Shown: piece after piece, positions 42,982 through 51,820 of the stretch | Position numbering within the stretch: the first letter of the stretch is position 1 | How the letters are laid out: the number at the start of each line of letters is the position of its first letter | Source of the DNA: an uncultured Verrucomicrobiae bacterium | GTDB lineage: Bacteria > Verrucomicrobiota > Verrucomicrobiia > Limisphaerales > Palsa-1400 | DNA length: 64,000 nucleotides | Assembly: GCA_963707025.1 (NCBI GenBank) | Contig: CAVPOM010000005.1 | Span: 480,001 to 544,000, forward strand | Direction of reading: 5' to 3' | The notes under the pieces: model-generated | Seen by the model: the letters and a program-made list of their open reading frames with translations, nothing else | Databases searched by the model: none | Told to the model about the DNA's origin: nothing | Position numbers and translations under genes: made by a program

Positions 42982-43196
42982 CTACAGAAGTCGCCTTTAG
43001 CTTCGGCGATTGGTCGCATGCGGCGTAGGCAGGAAAGTACTATTCGTTTCCCTCTGGTAGCCGTGCTGCTTCACGAATAATCACGACTGCCATACGAGCC
43101 GCTTCTTCCAATTGCTCGTGGGTCTGCCAATCGAGAGTTGAATGGAAAATGACGTTCCGCATGCAGTCTTCGATTTCCAGTGCTTTGGAGTCACTA

Positions 43197-44689
43197 TGAG
43201 CTGGACCCCTATTTTTAGACCACAGGTAAGTTTCGATTTTTGCCGGTTTGCTGTAGATAAGAAAGAGCAGACTTATGAAAGCAAAACGGAAAAGACACAG
43301 TGCGGCCTTCAAGGCCAAAGTGGGATTCGAAGCCCTGGTGGGGCTGAAGACGGTCGCGCAATTGGCGCGAGAGTATGCGGTGCATCCGGCGCAGGTCACG
43401 CAGTGGCGGGCGACGATTCGGGATCACATGCCCGAATTGTTTGAGCCCGGGCAACCCCGCACGGAGGATCAGGAACAGTTGATTGCCCAACTGCATGAGA
43501 AGATTGGCCAACTGACGGTGGACTTGGACTGGCTTAAAAAAAAGTCCAGGCAACTGGGGCTTTAACATGTTTAATCGCTCCCGATCCGCAGCTCAGCGTG
43601 CGGCGCCAGTGCGAGCTGCTGGCGGTGTGCCGTGGCAGTTATTATTACCAGTGCTGTCCGGAGACAGAGGAGAACCTGGCGCTGATGCGGCGGTTGGACC
43701 AGATGCATTTGGACCACCCGGTTTATGGCAGCCGCAAACTGACCGTGCTGTTGCGCCGGGAGGGTTTGACCATCAATCGCAAACGGGTGGTGCGGCTGCT
43801 GCGGTTGATGGGGATCGAGGCGATTTACGCCAAGCCCAAGACGAGTCTGCGGGAGATGGGGCACCAGATTTATCCGTATCTGTTACGCAATTTGGCAGTG
43901 ACGGGACCGGATCAGGTTTGGTGTTCGGACATTACGTATGTGCCTATGGCAACTGGGTTTATGTATTTGGTGGCGGTGATGGATTGGTGGAGTCGTTACG
44001 TGCTGGGATGGCGCTTGAGCAACACGTTGGAGGCGGACTTTTGTGTGGACGCTTGGGAGGCGGCGTTGCGGGCGGGGCGTCAGGCGCCGTTGATTTCCAA
44101 TACCGACCAGGGATCGCAGTTCACCTCCCCGATGTTTATCGATGCGGTGGAATCGGCGGGGGTGGACGTGAGCATGGACGGACGGGGTCGCTGGATGGAC
44201 AACCGGTTTATCGAGCGGCTGTGGCGGAGCGCCAAGTATGAGGACATTTATTTGCAAGACTATGGCGACGGGTTGGCGGCAGGGCGCGGACTGGGCCGGT
44301 GGTTTGACGGCTACAACCGGGAACGACCGCACCAGGCGTTGGGCTATGCGACGCCGGCGGACGCGTATTTTGATCCCGGCACGCATGGAGCCCAACCGGC
44401 CAAATGGGAAGCGATGCAACCTGCCAGAGGCAGGAGCGATCGCAGCACTTGACAGAGAGGCAGGCGGCAGGAAAAGGCTTGAAATCAGACCGCCTGCGGC
44501 GGTAGAGTTGAGAACCCTAAGAAAACGGAGAGGGAGGACGGGCAGTGCTCCGCATCGCTCGTTCTCTCTTTCGAAAGGGTTTTGAAACACGGAATGAACA
44601 GTAGTCAACTACAATTAGTAATGACAGCAATCGGCAAAAGTCGCGCTTATTTCATGCGCTCCGTGGTCTAAAGGATGGGGTCCACCTCA
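43197..44689 (+). mobile_element. IS3 family insertion sequence
   Basis: TIRs TGAGCTGGACCCCTATTTTTAGACCAC / TGAGGTGGACCCCATCCTTTAGACCAC; no target duplication. Confidence 0.93.
43275..44452 (+). CDS. IS3 transposase OrfA/OrfB with programmed -1 frameshift
   Basis: OrfA HTH 43275-43565; A8G at 43536-43544; OrfB DDE motifs WCSDITY, TDQGSQF, DNRFIER. Confidence 0.92.
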
Positions 44690-44888
44690 ATTTGTCTGCA
44701 TCGACATTTCCATACTCTTTCTTCCGCACCAAGCCGAAAGGTGGACTCGTCATGATCAAATCCACAGAGGCCGGTCGCAATCGCGTCGCGAGCAGATCGA
44801 GCGAATCGCCGTGGTAGATTTCGCCAAGGGCTGTCGAGTGAAACAGCTTAACGGGCGGACGCTCTTTCGTTTGTGATTCTTGCGGCAT
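44690..44888 (-). pseudogene. N-terminal fragment of an N4/N6 DNA methyltransferase truncated by IS3
   Basis: GDSLDLL...SVDLIMTSPPF. Confidence 0.85.
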
Positions 44889-45034
44889 GATCGGCTCAGT
44901 TACAATCCGTAAGCATTGTGCGTCACCACAGCAACTTCAATTGTAAACTTTACGTACATTTGCAGGATGAATCGCAGCGCAATTTCGCGCAACACGCCGC
45001 GTTTGAAGATTTTGAGGAAATATTCAGCGAGGCA

Positions 45035-45148
45035 ATCCGCGTTGGAATTGAAGGGCGGGTCCAAATAAACCAGGTCCACGCTGGCGTCGGGAAAAATCTC
45101 CCTGTTCCGCAGCCAATTCAGATTGTCGCCGAATAAAAGCCGGTTCAT
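45035..45148 (-). pseudogene. N-terminal stub of an N6-adenine DNA methyltransferase
   Basis: MNRLLFGDNL...SVDLVYLDPPFNSNAD, followed by unrelated sequence. Confidence 0.85.
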
Positions 45149-45244
45149 GCGCGGCCTTTGTACCACAGGCCCCTGCCCTCTGCGAGCAGGAAAAGAACCT
45201 CCATTTCCGCCACGGATTCGGCCCGCGCAGCCTCCGGCTTGCTC

Positions 45245-45392
45245 CGCATTTCTGGCGGGAGTTGGGACACGTCATTTGCGGTGGCGACTACGCAGACGGG
45301 CGCCTTTCATTCCCGCATCCAGGAGCTGAAAGAGCCAAAGACCCGCCTTGATGTCCCGCCGTGAGTCGAGTGGGAGCCGGTTGCAGCAGAAA
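45245..45392 (-). pseudogene. Decayed internal fragment of a Ycf46-like AAA ATPase
   Basis: [37 protein letters not shown] with an in-frame stop. Confidence 0.75.
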
Positions 45393-45461
45393 CCACCACC
45401 GATCCGGGCGCTGGTTTAAATGTTTGCAAAAGCACTCGACCGGAGTTAAGGTAATTAAACC

Positions 45462-45881
45462 ATGACCATTACCGAGCTTCTTCGGATCGAACATGCCGCC
45501 TTTAACACCATCCTCCAAGAAATCGAGGCCGTTCTGCCCAGCACCGCCACCCTGGGCGAACTCCGGCTGCTGGTTCGCGTCATGGCAGGATTTCTGCAAG
45601 AGCACGGAGGCAAGGAAGAGGCGGTTCTTTACCCGGCCCTGGACCACATGCAAGCCCAACGCGGGCAATTGAAGGAGATGACCCAGGAACATGGCGAACT
45701 GGACCAACAAATCCGGCAGGTGGCCAAAAACCGTGATTTAAAAACTGCGCGGCAGCAGCTTGGCCAACTCATCCAGGCGGTACGCGAACACTTCGAACAC
45801 GAGGAACGCTGTCTGTTTCCGCTGGCCGAAGAAGTGCTGGAGGCCGAAAACCTGGTGGCGCTGGCCGATGCGTCAGGATGA
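45462..45881 (+). CDS. Hemerythrin/HHE domain protein
   Basis: EH, HGGKEEAVLYP, EH, HFEHEERCLFP. Confidence 0.88.
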   Translation: MTITELLRIEHAAFNTILQEIEAVLPSTATLGELRLLVRVMAGFLQEHGGKEEAVLYPALDHMQAQRGQLKEMTQEHGELDQQIRQVAKNRDLKTARQQLGQLIQAVREHFEHEERCLFPLAEEVLEAENLVALADASG

Positions 45882-46101
45882 AGACCATCGAAAATCACCC
45901 GCGGAGCCGGGTTTTGGCCCGCACCCCATGGGATTTTCCGTTTTTTGCCGTGTCAACATGGATGAAAGCCTTTGTTTAGGCGGCTTTATTGTCTGTCAAT
46001 ACTAATCGCTTGTCAAAAGCGCATCCGGGAAATCCGGGTCAATGCCTCCCGCAAGCGGAGCGGCCAGTGCAGGCTGCCGCTGCGGCGGCCGTGACCCGGG
46101 A

Positions 46102-46134
46102 ATAAAAAAAAGGCCCGGAATTTCTTCCGGGCCT
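46102..46134 (-). terminator. Intrinsic terminator of the pilin gene
   Basis: aggcccggaa/ttccgggcct stem followed by a U-tract on the minus strand. Confidence 0.8.
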
Positions 46135-46174
46135 GAGCTGTCATGAACTCAACAATCTCGAGCAAGGACCTGAA

Positions 46175-46552
46175 CTAGGGCAGACTGTGCGTGGCCGGCA
46201 CGATGTTGCACACCGGTTTGACGCCAACCGCGTTGGGGCTGTAGCTGGAGTCGAAGGTCTGCGCCGAATCATTCGGGCAGGTAGGCAGTTCACCGGCGGA
46301 ACCCCGGCCCATGTAGGGCTGGATGTCGGTGTCACCGGGCGTGTCGGTGTTTTGCTTGTGGACTTCCAAGGCCCACTGGCCCTTGGCTCCGTCAATGATA
46401 CGGAGATTGCTGATGCAGGCATTCATCTGCGAAGTGGTGCGGGCGCGAACGAAGTTCGGAATCGCGATGGCAGCCAACAGGCCGATAATAGCGACGACGA
46501 TCATGATTTCCACCAGCGTGAACCCACTCTGTTTCTTATTCTGTATTTTCAT
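46175..46552 (-). CDS. Type IV pilin
   Basis: Prepilin site QSG|FTLVEIMIVVAIIGLLAAIAIP; C-terminal cysteines. Confidence 0.92.
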   Translation of the reverse strand: MKIQNKKQSGFTLVEIMIVVAIIGLLAAIAIPNFVRARTTSQMNACISNLRIIDGAKGQWALEVHKQNTDTPGDTDIQPYMGRGSAGELPTCPNDSAQTFDSSYSPNAVGVKPVCNIVPATHSLP

Positions 46553-46690
46553 AGTTATGGACTGACCTTTCTTTTGTTTGTAACGGCGTTCGTTAAGGCC
46601 AGCAGCGGGTTATTATGATTGCGTTTGTACGATATCTGTAAGGCCGCCAGCCTGCCGTTTGTCGTGAACATTCACGACGCTCTTGCAAAA

Positions 46691-46706
46691 AGCAAAAGCG
46701 GTGCCA
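46691..46706 (-). promoter_or_regulatory. sigma54 -24/-12 promoter of the pilin
   Basis: TGGCAC-CGCTT-TTGCT. Confidence 0.8.
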
Positions 46707-46875
46707 GTCTCCCGGGGAAGGCAATAATGATGATTCCGCGCCTTGTCCCCCCGGCGGTTGGCCGTACCGGATGGCAAAAAGCTCCCCGCCAGATGCGCCG
46801 CCTGTCCAAAAAAACCATTCCACTGTCCGCTTTTTGGACAATGCAGCGTCCCGCAATGCTCTGGCCGCGTTTCAT

Positions 46876-47227
46876 AAAGCGGTTTCGCAAATAGAGACCT
46901 CTGCAAAACGCCTGTAGCGGCGGTCTGTGACCATCGCCATGCCGTTATTTCCCCTGGGCTGGCGGCGGTCTGTGACCGTCGCGATGCCGTTATTTCCCCT
47001 GGGCTGGCGGCGGTCTGTGACCGTCGCCATGCCGTTATTTCCCCTGGGCTGGCGGCGGTCACAGACCGCCGCTACAATCGTGGACGCGCGTTTTGCAGAG
47101 GTCTCAAATACTGTACCCGCATTAAAAGGAAGGTTCCCGGTCCGGAATGATCGGGACCCGCCGCGGCGCGCGCGGAGTGAGCGGCCTGCCACCCTCATTA
47201 AGGGCCACACAATTTCTTAAACCGCCA
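46876..47227. mobile_element. REP-carrying MITE (copy of 11167-11298) interrupted by a second MITE
   Basis: With the insert removed, the sequence aligns with the reverse complement of 11167-11298. Confidence 0.75.
46894..47105. mobile_element. 212-bp MITE with 18-bp perfect TIR and 3x45-bp REP tandem array
   Basis: TIR GAGACCTCTGCAAAACGC; AAATA duplicated at 46889-46893 and 47106-47110. Confidence 0.85.
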
Positions 47228-47302
47228 CAGGGAGCACGAACAGACAAGGCTTGAACCGGGAAAGCGGCCGGTTGCCGGCGGTTGGCGGCAGGATCAACGT
47301 TG

Positions 47303-50008
47303 CTACGGCAAAAGCGCCACCCGGTAGAATTTGGGCGGGCCGGCTCCGATGGTTAGGGAAATGGTCATGGGATTGGCGGTGGCGGTGATGACGCCGCCGA
47401 GATTGATCCAGTTGGTCTGGAGCAGGTTGGTCAAGTACTGAACCTGATAGGTCGCGCCGGCCAGCGCGGTCCAGGCCAGTTGGAAGGAGCCGCCGGCCGG
47501 CGCGAGGGCGTGGAGGGCGGGCGCGGGCACAGGAAGGACGCTGACACTATCAAGGCAGAAGAAATCGTTGTCGTTGCGGTTTCCAAACTGGAGCGTGGTG
47601 AGGTTGGTGGAGGCTTTGACGGTGAAGACCAGGTTGCTCCAGGCAAAAGCGCCCATGTTGGTCTGGTTGAAAATGACATTGGTGGCAGCGGCGTTGGTGT
47701 TCCACCGCACCACGAATTGATTGGGATTGGAGGAACTTTGAGTGTCTTCCAAAGGATTTTCCAGCCAGAGGGAAAGCAGGTAAAGCTGGTTGGCCCGCGT
47801 GGGCAGGGGTTGGGACAGATAGGCCAGCGTGGTAATCTGGCCCAGGGCGGCAAGATAATCCCCCTGGTACGGTGCGTAGAATGTGTAGGTTCCGTCATCC
47901 GGGAAATTGTTGGTATAAATGGACGAGTTCCCCGAGAGGGTCCAATAGCAGAAATCGCCCGCTCCGAATCCGCCGTCCAGCACCAATTCCTGGCCCACCT
48001 GCAGGGTAAACTGGCGGAGCTGCGCCAGGCCGCTGCTCAGGTTGGTGAACCAGAGTTCGCTGGTGTAAACGCCCGCAGGAAGGAGGCCGGCCGCTGAGTT
48101 GAGGGTCACGGAGACGGAGGCGGCTCCGCCGCCCGCCGTGAGGGTGCCGCCGCTGCCCGACACATCCAGCAAGGCCGGGGCAGTGCCGAGCGACCAGTTG
48201 AAGGCGGGCTTTCCTGCGTTTGTCAAAGAAAACGACTGCGTGGAAACCGTAAAGGGACCGCCCACCGGGCCGTTGGCGACCGCGCCTCTTGCGGGGGTGA
48301 TCTGGAAACCGTCCGGCTGGGTCAGGGCGATGATCAAGCTGCCGCCCGCGGGGCTGCCCCAACCCGTGCAAAGATCATAGCCGGGCAGGGCGAGATATTC
48401 CTTGGGGTTGCTGTTGGTGTTGTTGCCCACCGTGATGTCGTCCAAAAAGGCCGTGAAACCGGAATCGGTGCCGATGTGGTAGAGGGCCGGGTTGAGGAAG
48501 CCGATGTTCGACACGCCGGCAGCCACGGCCTGTTGGTTGGCCAGCGCCGCGAAGGCCGCCCATAACGGCGCGGCGGTGCTGGTGCCGCCCGTGGTTTCCA
48601 ACTGGCCGTCGTCCGCCACAATGAAAACGTTGTCGGCCACCATGGCCACGTCCGGGCAGTTGCGTTTGGCCGTGGAACCGTTGTTGGTGGACATGTTGAC
48701 GCCCTTTTGCCAGGAAGGAATGGCGTAGCTGGCGCTGACCCCGCCGCCGCTGTCGTTGAAGCCCGGCCCTTCCCCTGCGTTCCAAACCGTCTCCGACAAC
48801 CAAGGGCCGCGCGGCCCAGCGGTGGCCAAGGCCGTTCCCCCCACCTGCGTGATATACGGATCATCATTCGGCGCCGCGATGGCTCCGGAGGTGGCGCCGC
48901 CGTCCCCGGAAGCGTTGAAGAACGACTGTCCCTGTGCGTCCATCTTCAAGAAATATTTGTCCATGTTGGTTCGCTCCGCGCTGGTCAGCGCACCAAAATT
49001 CCAGGAACAACTGAATTGTTTGATGAGTGTGTTGGTGGACATGGCATCCAGCACGTCGTTGGGCATTCCGTTCGTGCCGGCTTCAAAGACCATGACGCTC
49101 AACAGTCCCGGGGCCATGGAAATCGTCATCTCGATATCCAGGGCCACCTCGCTGTTGCCGCTCTCAGGCCCCGGGGGGGTGGGAGTGCCATCGAACCCGT
49201 CCAGCAGGACGATTTGCAGCGGAACATCCGGCACTCCGGTCTGGCTCTCGTACATCGCGATGTCGCCGGCGTAATAACCGTCGAACTCCACCAACCCGAC
49301 GCTCTGACCGGTTCCCGTCAGGGAGAGGCCCGGCACGTAGGCCGCCCGGTAATCGAAGCCGGCCAGATTGCCGTTCGGCCCCGACCCGATGGTCTTGGGC
49401 CTGGGGTTGGCGGACGCCTGCAACGGAGCGCGCCGCAGGTTTTTCGGATGCGGGCGGGCGAAATTGTTCAGGCCGCCAATGTTCAAAATCGGCACGCCCA
49501 TCTCGGCCGACGGCTCGGTATCCGGCGCAAAGAAAGTGCGGGCCTCCCAGGGATGCGCATAAGTCCGCATCGTCACCTGCAAGGCGCCTTCAATCGCCGC
49601 GACCGACGCGCTGACTTCCAGCAGCATCCGATTGGGATGACGGGCCGTGACCGCGAACCCGCTGCGGGCCGCCCAAGCCATGAGAGCCTGATAATCCTCC
49701 TCGGTGGGGCCGAAGCGGGCGTCGAAGTCTTCGGGCGTCAGGTAGCGGTGGTAGAGAGGGCTGGCGGGGTCGTAGAGTTGCTCCAGCAGATTCGTCAGCT
49801 CTGCCTGATGGTGCAAAGGCAGGCTGATGGACAGCCTGAGCCGGGTCGCACCGTCAAGGCGTCCGAGTGGCTGCAGACCGGCCGCCGCCTCCGGCAGATG
49901 GCCGGGCAGGAGCGTTCGTCGCGGCGTTTGCGCCATCATGGTGACGGTGCCCAAGGCCAAAGCGATCATGCAGCCGGTCAGGATTTCTGTTCTCCTTGTT
50001 AAATTCAT
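47303..50008 (-). CDS. S53 peptidase with C-terminal accessory beta-domains
   Basis: Pro-domain, EVALD, ASGDGG, GGTSTAAPLW; ends in KFYRVALLP. Confidence 0.93.
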   Translation of the reverse strand: MNLTRRTEILTGCMIALALGTVTMMAQTPRRTLLPGHLPEAAAGLQPLGRLDGATRLRLSISLPLHHQAELTNLLEQLYDPASPLYHRYLTPEDFDARFGPTEEDYQALMAWAARSGFAVTARHPNRMLLEVSASVAAIEGALQVTMRTYAHPWEARTFFAPDTEPSAEMGVPILNIGGLNNFARPHPKNLRRAPLQASANPRPKTIGSGPNGNLAGFDYRAAYVPGLSLTGTGQSVGLVEFDGYYAGDIAMYESQTGVPDVPLQIVLLDGFDGTPTPPGPESGNSEVALDIEMTISMAPGLLSVMVFEAGTNGMPNDVLDAMSTNTLIKQFSCSWNFGALTSAERTNMDKYFLKMDAQGQSFFNASGDGGATSGAIAAPNDDPYITQVGGTALATAGPRGPWLSETVWNAGEGPGFNDSGGGVSASYAIPSWQKGVNMSTNNGSTAKRNCPDVAMVADNVFIVADDGQLETTGGTSTAAPLWAAFAALANQQAVAAGVSNIGFLNPALYHIGTDSGFTAFLDDITVGNNTNSNPKEYLALPGYDLCTGWGSPAGGSLIIALTQPDGFQITPARGAVANGPVGGPFTVSTQSFSLTNAGKPAFNWSLGTAPALLDVSGSGGTLTAGGGAASVSVTLNSAAGLLPAGVYTSELWFTNLSSGLAQLRQFTLQVGQELVLDGGFGAGDFCYWTLSGNSSIYTNNFPDDGTYTFYAPYQGDYLAALGQITTLAYLSQPLPTRANQLYLLSLWLENPLEDTQSSSNPNQFVVRWNTNAAATNVIFNQTNMGAFAWSNLVFTVKASTNLTTLQFGNRNDNDFFCLDSVSVLPVPAPALHALAPAGGSFQLAWTALAGATYQVQYLTNLLQTNWINLGGVITATANPMTISLTIGAGPPKFYRVALLP

Positions 50009-50169
50009 AATGCCTTTCCTTGGGTGAAGGCTCATTGCGATTCGGGGGGGACATTTCCCAGCGCCGACCGTCCCATATAACATCACTCCTCCAAGAGTAC
50101 TTTAGTCTCAACCGAGTGCAAGGCCATTTTGACTCGTGGCGGAGGGGTTCCGCCGCCATACTGTGGGAG

Positions 50170-50835
50170 GTGAACAAGCGAAATCGCATTCGGCCGGCGG
50201 TTATGGCGGCGGCCGCGTTGCTCGGAATCATTGGCGTGGCCGTGTGGGTGGCCTCTCCGCGCGAGCCGCAGTATCAGGGGAAGGCGGAGCATGTCTGGCT
50301 GGATGAAATGTATGAGTGGGATGGAGACACCAACTATCCGGCGTTTCAGGCGTTTCAAGCGATGGGAACAAAGGCGCTGCCCGAACTTCTGGCGATCGTG
50401 CAAAAAGGTCCTTCGGAACTGTCCGCACACATCAACGTATTAAATTGGATGCAGTCGTCAATAAAGATACCGGGTGGCGGCGCCTGGGAAAAAAATAGGT
50501 CTGCCTTGTGGGCATTGTACGCCATGGGCTCGAATGCGGTTCCCGTGTGGCCGGCGTTGACCAATATGCTCTTTCATCGCAAAAGCGATTTCGCCGAAAT
50601 CAGCATTCCGGCCTTGCTTGCCGCCTATCCGACAGAGGATGCGAATGGGCGAGTTTTTATCATGGTTGCTCTCGCCCAGTTTGGCCCGAACGCGCGCTCA
50701 GCGATACCAACCATGAACGCGGCGCTCAACGATCGGAATTCAGATGTGCGCCACGTAGCGGCGTTTGCCTTGAAGAAGATTGATCCGCAAAAGGCCGGTT
50801 CGGTGCAGGGGTCAAGCGCCAGCCATGCACCGTGA
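50170..50835 (+). CDS. Membrane-anchored HEAT-repeat protein
   Basis: GTG start after GGGAG; TM, EPQYQGK, ALNDRNSDVRHVAAFAL. Confidence 0.75.
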   Translation: MNKRNRIRPAVMAAAALLGIIGVAVWVASPREPQYQGKAEHVWLDEMYEWDGDTNYPAFQAFQAMGTKALPELLAIVQKGPSELSAHINVLNWMQSSIKIPGGGAWEKNRSALWALYAMGSNAVPVWPALTNMLFHRKSDFAEISIPALLAAYPTEDANGRVFIMVALAQFGPNARSAIPTMNAALNDRNSDVRHVAAFALKKIDPQKAGSVQGSSASHAP

Positions 50836-50986
50836 TGATGCTTGACCAATTTTCAATCGTTTGAATCGCGGAAATCCTGCCCAAGGCAAAGAATCGCCAA
50901 AAAAAGTGAAATGCGCCCCAGCCCTGTGTGGCAGGGCGGGCATGCGCCTTCGCCAACCCTACGGCGCGCGGCGCGAAGTGGCCGCC

Positions 50987-51820
50987 CTACTTTTCCCGGC
51001 CCGCCTCTGACATGATAATGGGCGGCTTGATGCCCGCGGCGTCGCGATTGAGGCGGATCGCGGTCGGAAGGGCGGCGGCGAAACGGCGGACGGTTCGTTG
51101 CAGGGTGCCGACCGAGGTGTAGGTGTATTGGCCGGCCGGGTAAGCCTGGATGACGACGTAATCATAAGGCTTGGGTTTGGCGGCCGCACGGGATTTGGGG
51201 AGCGCCGTCAGAAACACCAGCCCGGTGCAGACGCAGCCCGGCTCGCTGCCTTCGACCAGATTAACTTCGCGCGTGGCCTGCACGGTGCCGGGCGCCAGCC
51301 AGGACCGGCTCAGGGGCGCGCGCATCAGATTGGTGTAACCGCTCTCCACCACCAGCCCGTCGGGGAGAATCTTTAAAATCTTGCCGCATACGGTCCGGCG
51401 GCCCTGGACGCATTCCGCCCGGATTTTCTCCGTGGCCTGCTCGTAGGCGCGGGCCTGCCGGGCCGGGCTTGGGGAATCGGTTGGCGGCGCGTTTGTCTTG
51501 CCTTCAGGGCGATTGGTCAAAGCGCTCCCATCGGTTTGCGCCAAAGCCGCCGGCAGCGGGGCGGCCAGCATCGCCAGGACCGCCAGCAAACCAATCCGAA
51601 TGAAGGCTCCGCCCGACAGCAGGATGGCAGGGAGGGAAGTCCCCTGCCCGCCGTCGGGCACTGGCGAAGGAGGCAATGATGCACCGCGGTCGTGCGGCGG
51701 GTCCCGATAATTCGGGACCCGCCCTACCTTTCCCGCGCCGGCGCGCTGCGCCGACCGGATCCCGATTCCGAATCGGGACGGCGTCCCTACCATCCAAGAC
51801 TGACGCATTATCGTCTTCAT
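50987..51820 (-). CDS. Exported hypothetical protein with REP-derived N-terminal insert
   Basis: ATGA overlap with the upstream gene; signal-like IRIGLLAVLAMLAAPLPAALA after the insert. Confidence 0.65.
   Translation of the reverse strand: MKTIMRQSWMVGTPSRFGIGIRSAQRAGAGKVGRVPNYRDPPHDRGASLPPSPVPDGGQGTSLPAILLSGGAFIRIGLLAVLAMLAAPLPAALAQTDGSALTNRPEGKTNAPPTDSPSPARQARAYEQATEKIRAECVQGRRTVCGKILKILPDGLVVESGYTNLMRAPLSRSWLAPGTVQATREVNLVEGSEPGCVCTGLVFLTALPKSRAAAKPKPYDYVVIQAYPAGQYTYTSVGTLQRTVRRFAAALPTAIRLNRDAAGIKPPIIMSEAGREK

Noticed and set aside
42429..43019. 196-aa ORF as an intact gene
   Set aside because: Only the last ~70 codons are protein-like; the rest is an off-frame reading of the HNH fragment
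42429..45400. Integron-like cassette array
   Set aside because: No repeated attC-like junction motif and no integrase seen; the pieces are gene fragments, not whole cassettes
46917..47076. CRISPR-like periodic array
   Set aside because: The intervening sequences are identical rather than unique spacers, there are no cas genes, and the array lies inside TIRs; it is a REP tandem repeat
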